Source: Phycisphaeraceae bacterium
Lineage (GTDB): Bacteria > Planctomycetota > Phycisphaerae > Phycisphaerales > Phycisphaeraceae
Assembly: GCA_963674705.1 (NCBI GenBank)
Contig: OY771506.1
Coordinates: 320,001 to 384,000 of the forward strand
DNA: 64,000 bases
Direction: 5' to 3'
Shown in pieces: positions 10,656-20,663 of this stretch. Each line of letters starts with the position of its first letter. Within the stretch, counting starts at the first letter, position 1. A program made the translations under genes and the position numbers. A model generated the notes under the pieces. The model saw only the letters and a list, made by a program, of their open reading frames with translations. It did not search any database and was not told where the DNA came from.

Positions 10656-12608
10656 TTATTCTGATTTTCCCAATGCTGGACAATGGTACACAAAGCACTT
10701 GCCTCGCGGCAGCACCACGACATCAGCCGACCTGACCCGATCGGCATAGTTAACGTTGTCTGCGGTTCGTTCTTCCAATCCCACGAAACGGTACTGAAAA
10801 GTCTGCCACCACTGCGTGGGCGTGCGGATGGGATGGCCCTTGAAAATCAGCGATGAACCGATCCGCCAACTGAGCATATCGCGCACAGCTTGCAGCGATT
10901 GCTCCTGTCGATCGAATAGCGGCTTAAGGTAATCGGGGATCGGCTCAATCGATGGAAGTACACTGGCTACGTGTGGGGCGAGTTCTTCACGGTACAAACG
11001 CGACTGGATGCGCGACACCCAATCGTTGGCTTGCGCATCACTCAGTTCGATACCCGCATCAGCAGCAAGCCGCTTGACCTCTTCGGCTTGCGGGGGATAC
11101 GCAAAGATGGCCTTATCGAAAATGACAATCGGGCCGGGGTAACTATCAAGGTATGGCTTTCGGATCGGGGCGACACTCTGGATCGGCAGGCCCGTGTAGT
11201 AAGTCAGGACCAACTGGTAGTTGGGCGTGCCGTAGATGCGTGCATCGGTCGGCAGGTCTGCCTCATTAAGGTGCTGGATAACCGTCTCGACATGTTCGTA
11301 AGGCTGGCGGTTGGTATTGAGCGTATCAGTATCGATCAGTCGGCCGGAACCCGCCAGCAGGAAAAGCACGATGATGGGCGCGATGACCGAGGCCCAGCGT
11401 TTATTGATAAGCAAAGCGATGCCGCCCACGATCATGGATGCCAACAAGATACAAGGCACCGCGATCATCAATGATAAGCGTGTCAAAAAGAAGCTTGCGG
11501 CAGGCATGCAAAAGGCATAGCACAGATACATAACACCGGCCCAGATCGATACCAGCGCAAACGCCCCTCGATTGACGCCGAACGCTTCAACCACGCGCGG
11601 CGGCATGCGATCGGCAAAGCACCAGACAAGTGACGCGGCAATAATGCCTGTGAAGAATAGCACCAGTTCAACCGGCCGCTGCATGATGTAACTGATCAGG
11701 GCCTGCCAGAACCCGTCCATCTGCCAGGCGGGTGGGATGGATTCGGTGCTGTGCAGGAACCCGGTCAATAAAACCCAAGGCAAAGTGCCGCACAGAACGA
11801 TCCCAAAAGCCGTAAACCGTTTCTTCCACACGTGCTCGCTGCGCTTGTGCCAGGGCAAGGTAATCAATGCCACGATGCACATGCCAAGACAGGAGCTGAG
11901 GTGAGTGTGAAATAGCAGCACCCACATGATCGAAGCGACCATGTAATCGCGCCACGCCCCGCGGCGGATCAACCGCCAAAGCGACCAGCCGCAGCCGGCG
12001 ATGAGGGTGATCGTCAATGAGTAGTATCGCGCTTGCGAACCGTAATAGACATTCTTCTTGGCAACCGCCGCATACACCAGCGCCGCCCACCCGGCCGCCG
12101 GACCCGCAAGCTCCCTCGCCAACCTGAACATGACCAGCATAAACACGATCGAGAACAGGATCGCCGGCAATCTCGGTACGACCGTCCGGCGCATCAGCGT
12201 GTCTGCCTGGTGCACGGGCTTAAGTGTATCTGGACGTGTATCGGGCTCTTGACCGAACAATGCCATGGAACCCGCAATCGAATACAAAGGCAGCCAGCCG
12301 TGGTACACCACCACGCCTTTGTCCGAATAACTCAGGTCCTTGAACTCATACTCCTCATGGCCCGGCCAGGGACGCATCAGGATATTCTCAAAGATCGGCT
12401 CATCCAGAAAGCGATCGGTCGGGATGCCATGCAGAAGAATCGTCTGAGCGTTGATGCTGGATTCCGCCTCGTCTTCCCATAGCGGGGTATCGGCCGCACT
12501 GAAACCGCGCAGCAACAGCCCGATCGCGATTAACGAGATCAATGCGACCCAACTTCCAGGCTTTAACTTACCAGTCGACATATCGGACCTGCATCGGCTT
12601 AGCCCCAT
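10656..12608 (-). CDS. GT39/PMT-like polytopic membrane glycosyltransferase
   Basis: PLWEDEAES motif after first TM, QARYYS motif, many TMs; co-oriented with the GT2 gene. Start uncertain (maybe ~12581). Confidence 0.75.
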   Translation of the reverse strand: MGLSRCRSDMSTGKLKPGSWVALISLIAIGLLLRGFSAADTPLWEDEAESSINAQTILLHGIPTDRFLDEPIFENILMRPWPGHEEYEFKDLSYSDKGVVVYHGWLPLYSIAGSMALFGQEPDTRPDTLKPVHQADTLMRRTVVPRLPAILFSIVFMLVMFRLARELAGPAAGWAALVYAAVAKKNVYYGSQARYYSLTITLIAGCGWSLWRLIRRGAWRDYMVASIMWVLLFHTHLSSCLGMCIVALITLPWHKRSEHVWKKRFTAFGIVLCGTLPWVLLTGFLHSTESIPPAWQMDGFWQALISYIMQRPVELVLFFTGIIAASLVWCFADRMPPRVVEAFGVNRGAFALVSIWAGVMYLCYAFCMPAASFFLTRLSLMIAVPCILLASMIVGGIALLINKRWASVIAPIIVLFLLAGSGRLIDTDTLNTNRQPYEHVETVIQHLNEADLPTDARIYGTPNYQLVLTYYTGLPIQSVAPIRKPYLDSYPGPIVIFDKAIFAYPPQAEEVKRLAADAGIELSDAQANDWVSRIQSRLYREELAPHVASVLPSIEPIPDYLKPLFDRQEQSLQAVRDMLSWRIGSSLIFKGHPIRTPTQWWQTFQYRFVGLEERTADNVNYADRVRSADVVVLPRGKCFVYHCPALGKSE

Positions 12609-12691
12609 AACACATCGGGCCGGATAGCCTGGTGGAACAGTATAGCTACAGGGTTTATCGACCAGCTTTAAGTTAAAAATCAGATAGCGCT

Positions 12692-14200
12692 TTACGGATG
12701 ATTGCCGATCTGCTCATCCAGCATGTCCGACGCTTCCTGGACCGTTTTGCCGTCGACGTCAACCATCTGGTTGGCCTTTCGCATCAATTCGACATTGATG
12801 CTGTCGATTAACGGCTGGAGTGCACGCACAAGCTGCGGGTCCCTGGAAGCCTCGGGAGACAGCATAAGCACCGCGTCGTAAGGCGGGAAAACATGACGCG
12901 TATCGCTAAGCGTTGTCAGATCGAACGCTGCGATACGGCCGTCGGTGGAAAAGGCGGTGATCGCATCCACCTCACCATCAGCGACCGCCTGATACATCAG
13001 GGACGCATCGAAGTTCATCAGACGCTTAAATGCCAGGCGGTAGGTATCGCGAAGGTTGTACCACTCGGGCCGGTTGAAGAACTCGTAGTCACCGCCCATG
13101 ACCATATCGGGGGCGTGTCCGGCAAGGCCGTCGATGGTCTTGATACCGAGAGACTCGGCACGGTCGCATCGCATGGCAACGGCGTAGGTATTCTCAAAAC
13201 CAAGCGGGCCCAAGCACTTGATGCCGTGTTCTTCTTCGAGCCATTGGTCGACGGCTTCAAGCACTTCCGGGCCGGAGGCCATGTCCTCGCGTTTCATGTA
13301 GTTGGCCCAGACCGTGCCGGAGTAATCGACATAAACGTCGATCTGGTTCGTACGCAGCGCATCGAACGCAACGGTGGAACCAAGGCTTTCCGACACATCG
13401 ACACCGAAGCCTGAATCCTGGATACGATTGGCAATGAGTCGACCAAGCACGTATTGCTCGGTGAAACCCTTGGACCCGATGCGGACGATGCGCCCTTCCT
13501 GGGCTGGTTTGAGTAACGGAGATGCCCACCCGCCGCCGATGACGATCACCAGCCCGAGGATGGCGATGATGCCCTTGCTCGTGCTGCGCTGCCTTGCAGC
13601 GACTTCGGCCAGAGCAATCAGCGCATCAAGGATCACCGCCAAGGATGCGGCGGCGACACAACCGAACAAGACAGCCGTCCAGTTCTGCGTCTGAAGCCCG
13701 CTGAAGATGTAATTCCCAAGACAAGTCTGGCCGACAGGCGTCGCAAGAGTCGCAATGCCAACGACCCAGACGGTGGCGGTGCGGATGCCGGCAATGACCA
13801 TCGGCGCAGCCAACGGTAATTCGACTTTCATCAAGAGCTGCATCGGCGTCATGCCCATGCCGCGCCCCGCTTCGGTCAATGCCGGATCAACCTGCGCGAT
13901 GCCCGTCACGGTGTTGCGCAGGATCGGCAGGATGCTGTAGAGCAGTAACGCAAATAACGCCGAGCGGAACCCGAACCCGATCAAAGGCACCATCAATGCC
14001 AGAAGCGCCAGGCTCGGGATCGTCTGAATGATCCCCGCAGCAGTCAGAACAGGCCAGCGCAAGGGTTTGCACTTGGCGATCAACACCGCGACCGGCACGC
14101 TCAACAAAATGCCTAACCCCAGCGCATAAGCGGACAATTCGATATGAGCGCCGAGGTACTCCGGCAACTTCTGGAATTGGTTGACCAGGTTCTCGTTCAT
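12692..14200 (-). CDS. Glycine betaine/osmoprotectant ABC transporter, fused permease + substrate-binding protein
   Basis: IQTIPSLALL, EAGRGMGMT (EAA loop), IGSKGFTEQYVLG, GFENTYA, FPPYDA. Confidence 0.93.
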   Translation of the reverse strand: MNENLVNQFQKLPEYLGAHIELSAYALGLGILLSVPVAVLIAKCKPLRWPVLTAAGIIQTIPSLALLALMVPLIGFGFRSALFALLLYSILPILRNTVTGIAQVDPALTEAGRGMGMTPMQLLMKVELPLAAPMVIAGIRTATVWVVGIATLATPVGQTCLGNYIFSGLQTQNWTAVLFGCVAAASLAVILDALIALAEVAARQRSTSKGIIAILGLVIVIGGGWASPLLKPAQEGRIVRIGSKGFTEQYVLGRLIANRIQDSGFGVDVSESLGSTVAFDALRTNQIDVYVDYSGTVWANYMKREDMASGPEVLEAVDQWLEEEHGIKCLGPLGFENTYAVAMRCDRAESLGIKTIDGLAGHAPDMVMGGDYEFFNRPEWYNLRDTYRLAFKRLMNFDASLMYQAVADGEVDAITAFSTDGRIAAFDLTTLSDTRHVFPPYDAVLMLSPEASRDPQLVRALQPLIDSINVELMRKANQMVDVDGKTVQEASDMLDEQIGNHP

Positions 14201-14973
14201 GCCTCGGCGGACTCCTCGGCCAAAGCCTCAAGCCGGTCCGCCTGCCGCTTGGGCATCTGCATCAGCGAACGCACGTAGTCATCCACCGGCTTGGTCAACA
14301 TCTCGTGCGGCGTACCATATTGCAGCACGTGCCCGCCACTGATTACCGCGATACGATCGGCCATCAATAGCGCCTCGGTCATGTCGTGCGTCACCATCAC
14401 GGTGGTAAGCCCGAGTCGTTTGTGGATATTGACGAATTCATCCTGAAGCGTGTCGCGCGTCAGCGGGTCGAGCGCCCCGAACGGTTCGTCCATGAGCATG
14501 ATCTTGGGTTTAGCGGAAAGAGCACGCGCGACGCCGATGCGCTGCCGTTGCCCGCCGGATAATTCTCGCGGATAACGGTCGCGGTATTCATCCGGCTCCA
14601 GGCTGACCAGTGATAACAATTCATCGACGCGCTGGGCGGTTTGTGCTTTATCCCAACCCAGCAGGCCCGGCACAACAGCGATGTTCTGCCCGACGGTCAG
14701 ATGCGGAAACAGACCGATACCCTGAAAGACGTAACCGATCGCGCGGCGAAGCTGCACCGCGTCGACGCTGCGGTTATCCACACCATCGACTTCAACTACG
14801 CCTGAGGTCGGTTCGATCAGACGGTTGATCATCTTGAGTGTTGTCGTCTTGCCGCAGCCGGATTCGCCCAGCAGCACGACCAGCTCGCCGGCGCACACTT
14901 CGAGCGTCAAACGGTCGACCGCGACGACGGCACCGTGGTTATAGCTCTTGGTGACCTCTTTAAGGTGGATCAT
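14197..14973 (-). CDS. Osmoprotectant ABC transporter ATP-binding subunit (OpuBA/ProV-like)
   Basis: GESGCGKTT, LSGGQRQR, LMDEPFGALDP. Confidence 0.95.
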   Translation of the reverse strand: MIHLKEVTKSYNHGAVVAVDRLTLEVCAGELVVLLGESGCGKTTTLKMINRLIEPTSGVVEVDGVDNRSVDAVQLRRAIGYVFQGIGLFPHLTVGQNIAVVPGLLGWDKAQTAQRVDELLSLVSLEPDEYRDRYPRELSGGQRQRIGVARALSAKPKIMLMDEPFGALDPLTRDTLQDEFVNIHKRLGLTTVMVTHDMTEALLMADRIAVISGGHVLQYGTPHEMLTKPVDDYVRSLMQMPKRQADRLEALAEESAEA

Positions 14974-15005
14974 CTACAAGGACTGGGGCAAGGTTGGATG
15001 ACGAT

Positions 15006-15809
15006 TTAGAGATTGCGATATTCGTCGGGGACATCGCGCCGTTTCGTGGCGACGACCGCGACATAGTGCAACGGTTCGCCGGTGATAGCCAGGCGGTGCG
15101 GGTAGCGGCGGTAAGCCTCCATGCGGATGATGCCGTCGTCACAGAGCTTGTGGATCAAACCGGCGAATCCCGCACGATCGCTCTCATCGAGGAAGTCCTC
15201 CTTGATGTTGAAAGCGATCCAGCCGGGTGTATCGATCAGGTCCAGTGCATTAAGAAACGCGGCGGCGGGGATATCGCCAAAACCAAGTGCCGCAACGGTG
15301 GAAAGGCAGTTGAGCCCTTGCTTGCGTAGCTTCTCCTCGACCGGTTCGGGGATGTCGGTCATGTCAGTAACGACGTAGTCTTCATAAACCTCCGGCCGAT
15401 CGCGCAGCGCTGCTTTCTTCGCTTCGGGGATGATGTCGACACCGACGACTTTTTCGACGCCCGCGTCTTTGAGTTCCTCGCCGACCATGCCGTTGCCTGC
15501 GCCGAGGTCGAGCACTTTCAAATCTTCCGGGCTATCGGGGTGATCTTCGAGCACTTCGTTGAGTTGCTGGACGACACGCTCAGGGGAACAACACCCCAAA
15601 CGCTCATAAAAAATCGCCTCATACAATCCGGGCCGATCGTAGATTTCGTGGTAATCGTGGAATCGCAAGCGATGCCAACTCCCGTCTTCACGTACTTCGC
15701 ACCATTCTTCATCCTGATCCAGGCCGTTGACGTCGGGCAAACGTATGTCGTAACCCGAGTCTGCTGCCTTGGTGAATTTTTTGGAATGTTGTGAATCGTC
15801 TGAGGTCAT
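15006..15809 (-). CDS. Class I SAM-dependent methyltransferase
   Basis: VLDLGAGNG motif I; GVDI motif II. Confidence 0.85.
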   Translation of the reverse strand: MTSDDSQHSKKFTKAADSGYDIRLPDVNGLDQDEEWCEVREDGSWHRLRFHDYHEIYDRPGLYEAIFYERLGCCSPERVVQQLNEVLEDHPDSPEDLKVLDLGAGNGMVGEELKDAGVEKVVGVDIIPEAKKAALRDRPEVYEDYVVTDMTDIPEPVEEKLRKQGLNCLSTVAALGFGDIPAAAFLNALDLIDTPGWIAFNIKEDFLDESDRAGFAGLIHKLCDDGIIRMEAYRRYPHRLAITGEPLHYVAVVATKRRDVPDEYRNL

Positions 15810-16073
15810 AATTCGGCTGCTCCTGTCATTCCCGTGGTAAAAGCCCAAGCCGAATCGCATGTACGATGTCGGCCGAAAGTCGGCTTCGTGAAAAGTGTTA
15901 GAAGACCCCCATACCTAACACACTGAGGTCTGATGTCAAGTATTGATCTGTAAATAAGATGTGAATACGCCCAGGCAGGGATTCAAATGCTTGCATAAAT
16001 CGCTTACATGTGGGAAAATACGCGACTCGACGGAATTAACCGCAATCAGTCTCTTTAGCAGGAGCGCCTCGCA

Positions 16074-16628
16074 ATGAAGTCTCAGGAAATTCGGCCCGGT
16101 ATGGCTATCAATCTGGACGGCCAGGTCTGGCTGGTCGTCGATATAACCCACGTCAAGCCCGGCAAAGGGCCTGCCTACACCCAGGCGAAACTTAAAAGCC
16201 TGACGTCAGGCAAGAACGTCGACAAACGCTTCAATTCCGGCGAAGAAATCGAGGATATCAACCTCGACCGCCGCGAGGTTGAGTACCTGTACTCCGACGC
16301 CGATGGCGCGGTGTTTATGGATTGCCAGACCTACGACCAACTCACCATCCCCGCTGACATCCTCGACGACACTTTGCTCTACATCAAGCCCAACAACACA
16401 ATCACCGCGCTGTTTTTCAACGGCAACCCGATGACGGTCGAACTGCCCGCCGCGGTCGATCTGGAAGTCACCGAAACGCCGCCCGGCATCAAGAACGCGA
16501 CCGCAACCAACCAGCTCAAGGAAGCGGTGCTGGAAACCGGGCTCAAGACCCGCGTACCACCGTTTATCAACAACGGCCAGATCGTCCGCATCTCCACGAG
16601 GACGGGCGAATACCTCAGCAAAGTATGA
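16074..16628 (+). CDS. efp: Elongation factor P
   Basis: HVKPGKGPAY loop; K(E)AVLETG; VPPFI. Confidence 0.97.
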   Translation: MKSQEIRPGMAINLDGQVWLVVDITHVKPGKGPAYTQAKLKSLTSGKNVDKRFNSGEEIEDINLDRREVEYLYSDADGAVFMDCQTYDQLTIPADILDDTLLYIKPNNTITALFFNGNPMTVELPAAVDLEVTETPPGIKNATATNQLKEAVLETGLKTRVPPFINNGQIVRISTRTGEYLSKV

Positions 16629-16656
16629 TTGATTGCCTAACTTAACTGAACCTCGC

Positions 16657-16690
16657 AGCCCCACCCCCTTTTACCGGGTGGGGCTTTTTT
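16657..16690 (+). terminator. efp intrinsic terminator
   Basis: AGCCCCACCC...GGGTGGGGCT followed by T-run. Confidence 0.85.
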
Positions 16691-16725
16691 ATCTCGCCAA
16701 GACCGGCTGAGGGCATAAACTATGG

Positions 16726-18000
16726 GTGGAAGGGAGTGCGCCCGTGTCGCGTCATACCATCATCGTGTTCGCTGCTGTATTGCTGCTGTTGCCGGCAGGT
16801 TATCTGCGTGCCGATGAAGCGCCGCACGCCAGGGCCTATCTCGATGCGCTTGAAGCCGGGCTTGACCGGATCGAGCAGAACATGCCCCAGATCAGTAACG
16901 CCGCCGAAGTTGCCGCCAAACGTTTGTCGCGCGGTGCAGGTTTTGGTGTTCGCGGAGATGACGGGCTCGGAAGCGAACTGAGCAACCGGACCGGAACGCT
17001 GATGGGTTACGACGGGCGGCGAGGTGATGATGGCGATGTCATCCTGTACGTCATCGGTCTACCGGTATCAATCGAAACCGATGCTGCAGAACAAATCGAC
17101 ATACAACTTATCAAAGCGGCGGACCTCAAAGCCAACGGCTGCGTCGTCATCGGACTCGGTTCGACCGATCACCTGCGCCGACTTGGATTGATGGATCGTG
17201 CGATTGAAATCTGCGACGTCTGGCTGGATAACGCTGTGATTGAAGAGGACAGCCAACTCAATGCGCCGATCGAAACGGTGCAGAACGCGGCCGTAGCGTG
17301 GACGTTTGAATGCGAACTTTTCGCTGCCTTGACGCGCCAGAACAAAGTGCCGGTCGTACAAAAGAGCTTCGAAATCGACACGCTCCGTAAGCGTTGGTAC
17401 CGCTACGGCGTACAACACTTCCACCACGACCGCTGGCTCGATCCGATCGATGCGGGCACGCTGGGCAAAACCTATCTCAAAGAACTGGACACAGTGCTAC
17501 TCGATATAAGCACCAGCTCGTGGCGGGCGGTAGCGAAAACCGCAAATCGAGCATACACAACCAGAACAAATGACGGCACCATCTGGCTGCGTGCCGGTGG
17601 ACGATCACTGCCCTACCACAGCGGCAGCATCCTCAAAAACGATCCCGGCATTTTCACGCTTCTCACGCATGACGGCTCGAATCCGAAGCTGCCGGCCCCC
17701 GGCAACAATGACATGCTCATCGCGGTCGGCGACCATGAAACAGCAGGTAGCTGGGAATGGGGCGAACCTGAGTTGTTACGCAAGGCAGGACGCGGCGTTA
17801 CGTGGATCGTCAACGGCTACAACACGCAGCGGGCCGACCTCGACTACGGCGAAGTCATGATCGATCTCTGGGCCCCTGTCGGTGACAGCGTCGTGCGTAT
17901 CAAAAATTACGATGCCAACCTCGGCCCGGTCAGCGGGATCACCGGCGAAGCCGTGACCTGGATGATCGCGGCGGAAGTCGCCGGGCGCATGCAAGAATAA
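16726..18000 (+). CDS. Exported hypothetical protein, possibly tandem SIS-like domains
   Basis: Signal peptide; two internally similar halves resembling SIS-domain N-termini. Confidence 0.6.
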   Translation: MEGSAPVSRHTIIVFAAVLLLLPAGYLRADEAPHARAYLDALEAGLDRIEQNMPQISNAAEVAAKRLSRGAGFGVRGDDGLGSELSNRTGTLMGYDGRRGDDGDVILYVIGLPVSIETDAAEQIDIQLIKAADLKANGCVVIGLGSTDHLRRLGLMDRAIEICDVWLDNAVIEEDSQLNAPIETVQNAAVAWTFECELFAALTRQNKVPVVQKSFEIDTLRKRWYRYGVQHFHHDRWLDPIDAGTLGKTYLKELDTVLLDISTSSWRAVAKTANRAYTTRTNDGTIWLRAGGRSLPYHSGSILKNDPGIFTLLTHDGSNPKLPAPGNNDMLIAVGDHETAGSWEWGEPELLRKAGRGVTWIVNGYNTQRADLDYGEVMIDLWAPVGDSVVRIKNYDANLGPVSGITGEAVTWMIAAEVAGRMQE

Positions 18001-18039
18001 ACGGTTACGTCTGCCGCGTGATTGGCGTATCATGTCTGC

Positions 18040-18795
18040 ATGAGCGTGCCGCGCCTCTATGATGATCTTGCCTGGCTTTGGCCGCTGCTCAGCCCACCGG
18101 AACATTACGAGTCGGAGGCGGCGGTATTGCTCGATCTGATCGATCGCCACGGCAAACGCGCAAAAGGCGAACGCTACAGCGTGCTGGAACTGGGCGCGGG
18201 CGGTGGACACACACTGGTGCATCTTGCCAACCGATTCGACTGCACAGCCGTCGACCTGTCAGAACCGATGCTGGCGAACTGCAAAATGCTCGTACCCGAA
18301 GCGGAAACGATTGTGGGCGACATGCGCTCGGTGCGGCTTGGCCGAACGTTCAGCGCGGTATTCATCCACGACGCGATCGATTACATGCTCTGCGAGGAAG
18401 ATGTCCGCAAAGCGCTACAGACCGCTGCGGAGCATCTCGAACCCGGCGGCTTGTGCGCAGTCGCACCGACCTATATCCGTGACGAATTTGTAGACGGCGA
18501 TGTCGCCGACGACGGCACAACGACCGACGCGCAAGACCTGACGTACTTCACCTACGTTCACGACCCCGACCCGAACGACAACACGTTCGAAATGATCCTG
18601 CTCTACCTGATCCGTGACAACAATACACGCCAGGTCGAAGTCGTCGAAGACCGGCACACCTGCGGCCTGTTCTCACAACAACAATGGCTTGCATGGATAG
18701 AAGAAGCAGGCTTTGAAGCGCGTTGCGAAGAATCAACCACAGATAGCGAACCATGGACGTTGTTTGTGGGGGTAAAACTGGGGGGCAAGTCTTGA
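18040..18795 (+). CDS. Class I SAM-dependent methyltransferase
   Basis: VLELGAGGG, AVDLSEPML, GDMR, HDAIDYM. Confidence 0.9.
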   Translation: MSVPRLYDDLAWLWPLLSPPEHYESEAAVLLDLIDRHGKRAKGERYSVLELGAGGGHTLVHLANRFDCTAVDLSEPMLANCKMLVPEAETIVGDMRSVRLGRTFSAVFIHDAIDYMLCEEDVRKALQTAAEHLEPGGLCAVAPTYIRDEFVDGDVADDGTTTDAQDLTYFTYVHDPDPNDNTFEMILLYLIRDNNTRQVEVVEDRHTCGLFSQQQWLAWIEEAGFEARCEESTTDSEPWTLFVGVKLGGKS

Positions 18796-19045
18796 TTTAC
18801 CTTGAATTCATGTCACCAAGCCAGTAGGATATTCAGATATTGCGGTTTCAAGTGTGGCTGTCTGTGCGACGCGCTAGGCGGCTGCAAGGTCCGTGGGAGA
18901 CGCGATTGACTGGAAACAGATATAAGTTGTGAGCGTGAGGATTTTGTGCTGTAACTGCGCGAACCTCACTTATTGTCGCACTTAAGCCATCTCAGCCGTA
19001 GTGGGTGAGTAGATTATTCATACCTTATTCGAATCGAGGAAACCC

Positions 19046-20593
19046 ATGTACCGTAGCTCAGTATTTATAAAAACGACCACGTGTATATCAATGTTCCTGG
19101 TGACAATTGCCACGAATCCAGCGCGTACGAACGCTGCTATCGAGATCCGAACCGTCGCCTATGTCGGCGGTAAGGCGGCGGGGATATCCGATGACGCGAC
19201 GTTTAGCCATATCGAATCGGTAGGATTCCATACCACCATCAGCAATTCGGGCAAGGTCGCGTTTATAGGCCAAGCCTTCAGTTTGCAGCCTTCTCCTGTT
19301 TTTGCCAGAGGGCTATGGGTGGAAAATGATGGCATCATGTCGTTGGTCGCCCTTGAGGGCCAGCAAGCGATCGGGGCCGAAGCCGGGATTAATTATAAGC
19401 GTATCAGCATCCCACAACTCGACGCGGTTGGACACGTGTCATTCATGGCTTCAGTAATGGGGCCGGGTATAGATAATAGTAATAATACAGGTATTTGGTC
19501 AGATACCGGCGCCGGCCTCGAGTTGATTACCAGGAGAGGGATGCAAGCGCCGGGTGAGGCGGAGGGCGTGCTGATTGAACAGCTGAACTTCTTCCGTACC
19601 AATGGCGCCGGGCAGACGATGGTTGATTCGCGGCTCATTGGCCCGGGGATTGATTTAGACAATCGTTATCGAACATGGATTCACGAATCAGGTATGCTGA
19701 CACAGTACCAACCGGGGATCGATCCGCCTTTGCATGAGTTGTTTGTCGCGATGGGACCCGAACTGGAAGTTCAGAGCGGTGACCCGGCGCCGGGCTTCAT
19801 ACCTGCCAAGGAATTCTTGGGCCCCGACAGCAGCCGAACTGTGACTAATCACACGGGTCAGCGCCTCTTCCACTCCTTCCTGGCCGACCCGGGCGCGGCT
19901 TCATCCAGCACAGGGAGCATCTGGTTGGAGGATGACAATGGACTCAGGTTGATCGCTTATGAAGGTCAACAGGTACAGGGTATGGAGGTGGGGACGATGT
20001 ATGACTACTTGAATCCGTTTTTCAGTTTGAATACGCACGGCCACGTTGCGTTCCGTGCAAACATACAAGGCCCAGACCTCCAAAGTAACCGGGGAATCTG
20101 GATTGACCGTGAAGGTGTGCTTGAAATGGTTGCAGACGCACAGACCCACGCACCGGGAACCGGTCTGGGGGTAAACTTCGCGATTTTCGAGGCATTGGGA
20201 CTGAACGACCGAGGTGCGGTTGTCTTCGGTGCGCAGTTACAGGGCCTGGGTGTGGACGATACAAATGACCGGGGTATCTGGCTATACGATCACGGCGATC
20301 TGGAACTGATCGTGCGAGAAGGAAACCAACTTGAAGTCGCCCCCGGAGACTTGCGGACGATCGATTCGTTCCAGTTTGATCCAACCAACGAAGATAACGG
20401 GTATTTATCCGGATTCAATGACCATAACTGTCTGGCGTTCACCGCGACGTTTACAGACGGCACCACCGGTGTATTCGTGGCTACGCCTGAGCCCGGTAGC
20501 GCCATCCTGTATTCATCAGGTGCGATATTGCTATTGCGTTCGCGAAAAAAATTGGCTTCCCTGAGCCATGCTTCTGATCGTGGAGATTATTAG
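19046..20593 (+). CDS. PEP-CTERM surface protein with NxxGxxAF tandem repeats
   Basis: Repeats NSGKVAF, NTHGHVAF, NDRGAVVF, NDHNCLAF; TPEPGS + TM + RSRKK. Confidence 0.88.
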   Translation: MYRSSVFIKTTTCISMFLVTIATNPARTNAAIEIRTVAYVGGKAAGISDDATFSHIESVGFHTTISNSGKVAFIGQAFSLQPSPVFARGLWVENDGIMSLVALEGQQAIGAEAGINYKRISIPQLDAVGHVSFMASVMGPGIDNSNNTGIWSDTGAGLELITRRGMQAPGEAEGVLIEQLNFFRTNGAGQTMVDSRLIGPGIDLDNRYRTWIHESGMLTQYQPGIDPPLHELFVAMGPELEVQSGDPAPGFIPAKEFLGPDSSRTVTNHTGQRLFHSFLADPGAASSSTGSIWLEDDNGLRLIAYEGQQVQGMEVGTMYDYLNPFFSLNTHGHVAFRANIQGPDLQSNRGIWIDREGVLEMVADAQTHAPGTGLGVNFAIFEALGLNDRGAVVFGAQLQGLGVDDTNDRGIWLYDHGDLELIVREGNQLEVAPGDLRTIDSFQFDPTNEDNGYLSGFNDHNCLAFTATFTDGTTGVFVATPEPGSAILYSSGAILLLRSRKKLASLSHASDRGDY

Positions 20594-20663
20594 GAACAAC
20601 AAAGTCCCACGTTTCTACGTGGGGCTCGAGGGTGAAGTATTTAATTGACTGCAACCCAACGAC

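Noticed and set aside
18845..18990. Possible structured RNA leader upstream of the PEP-CTERM gene (AAGTGTGGC/GTCGCACTT, GTGAGG/CCTCAC)
   Set aside because: The short stems could be chance and no known motif was recognised; cannot be supported without a covariance search
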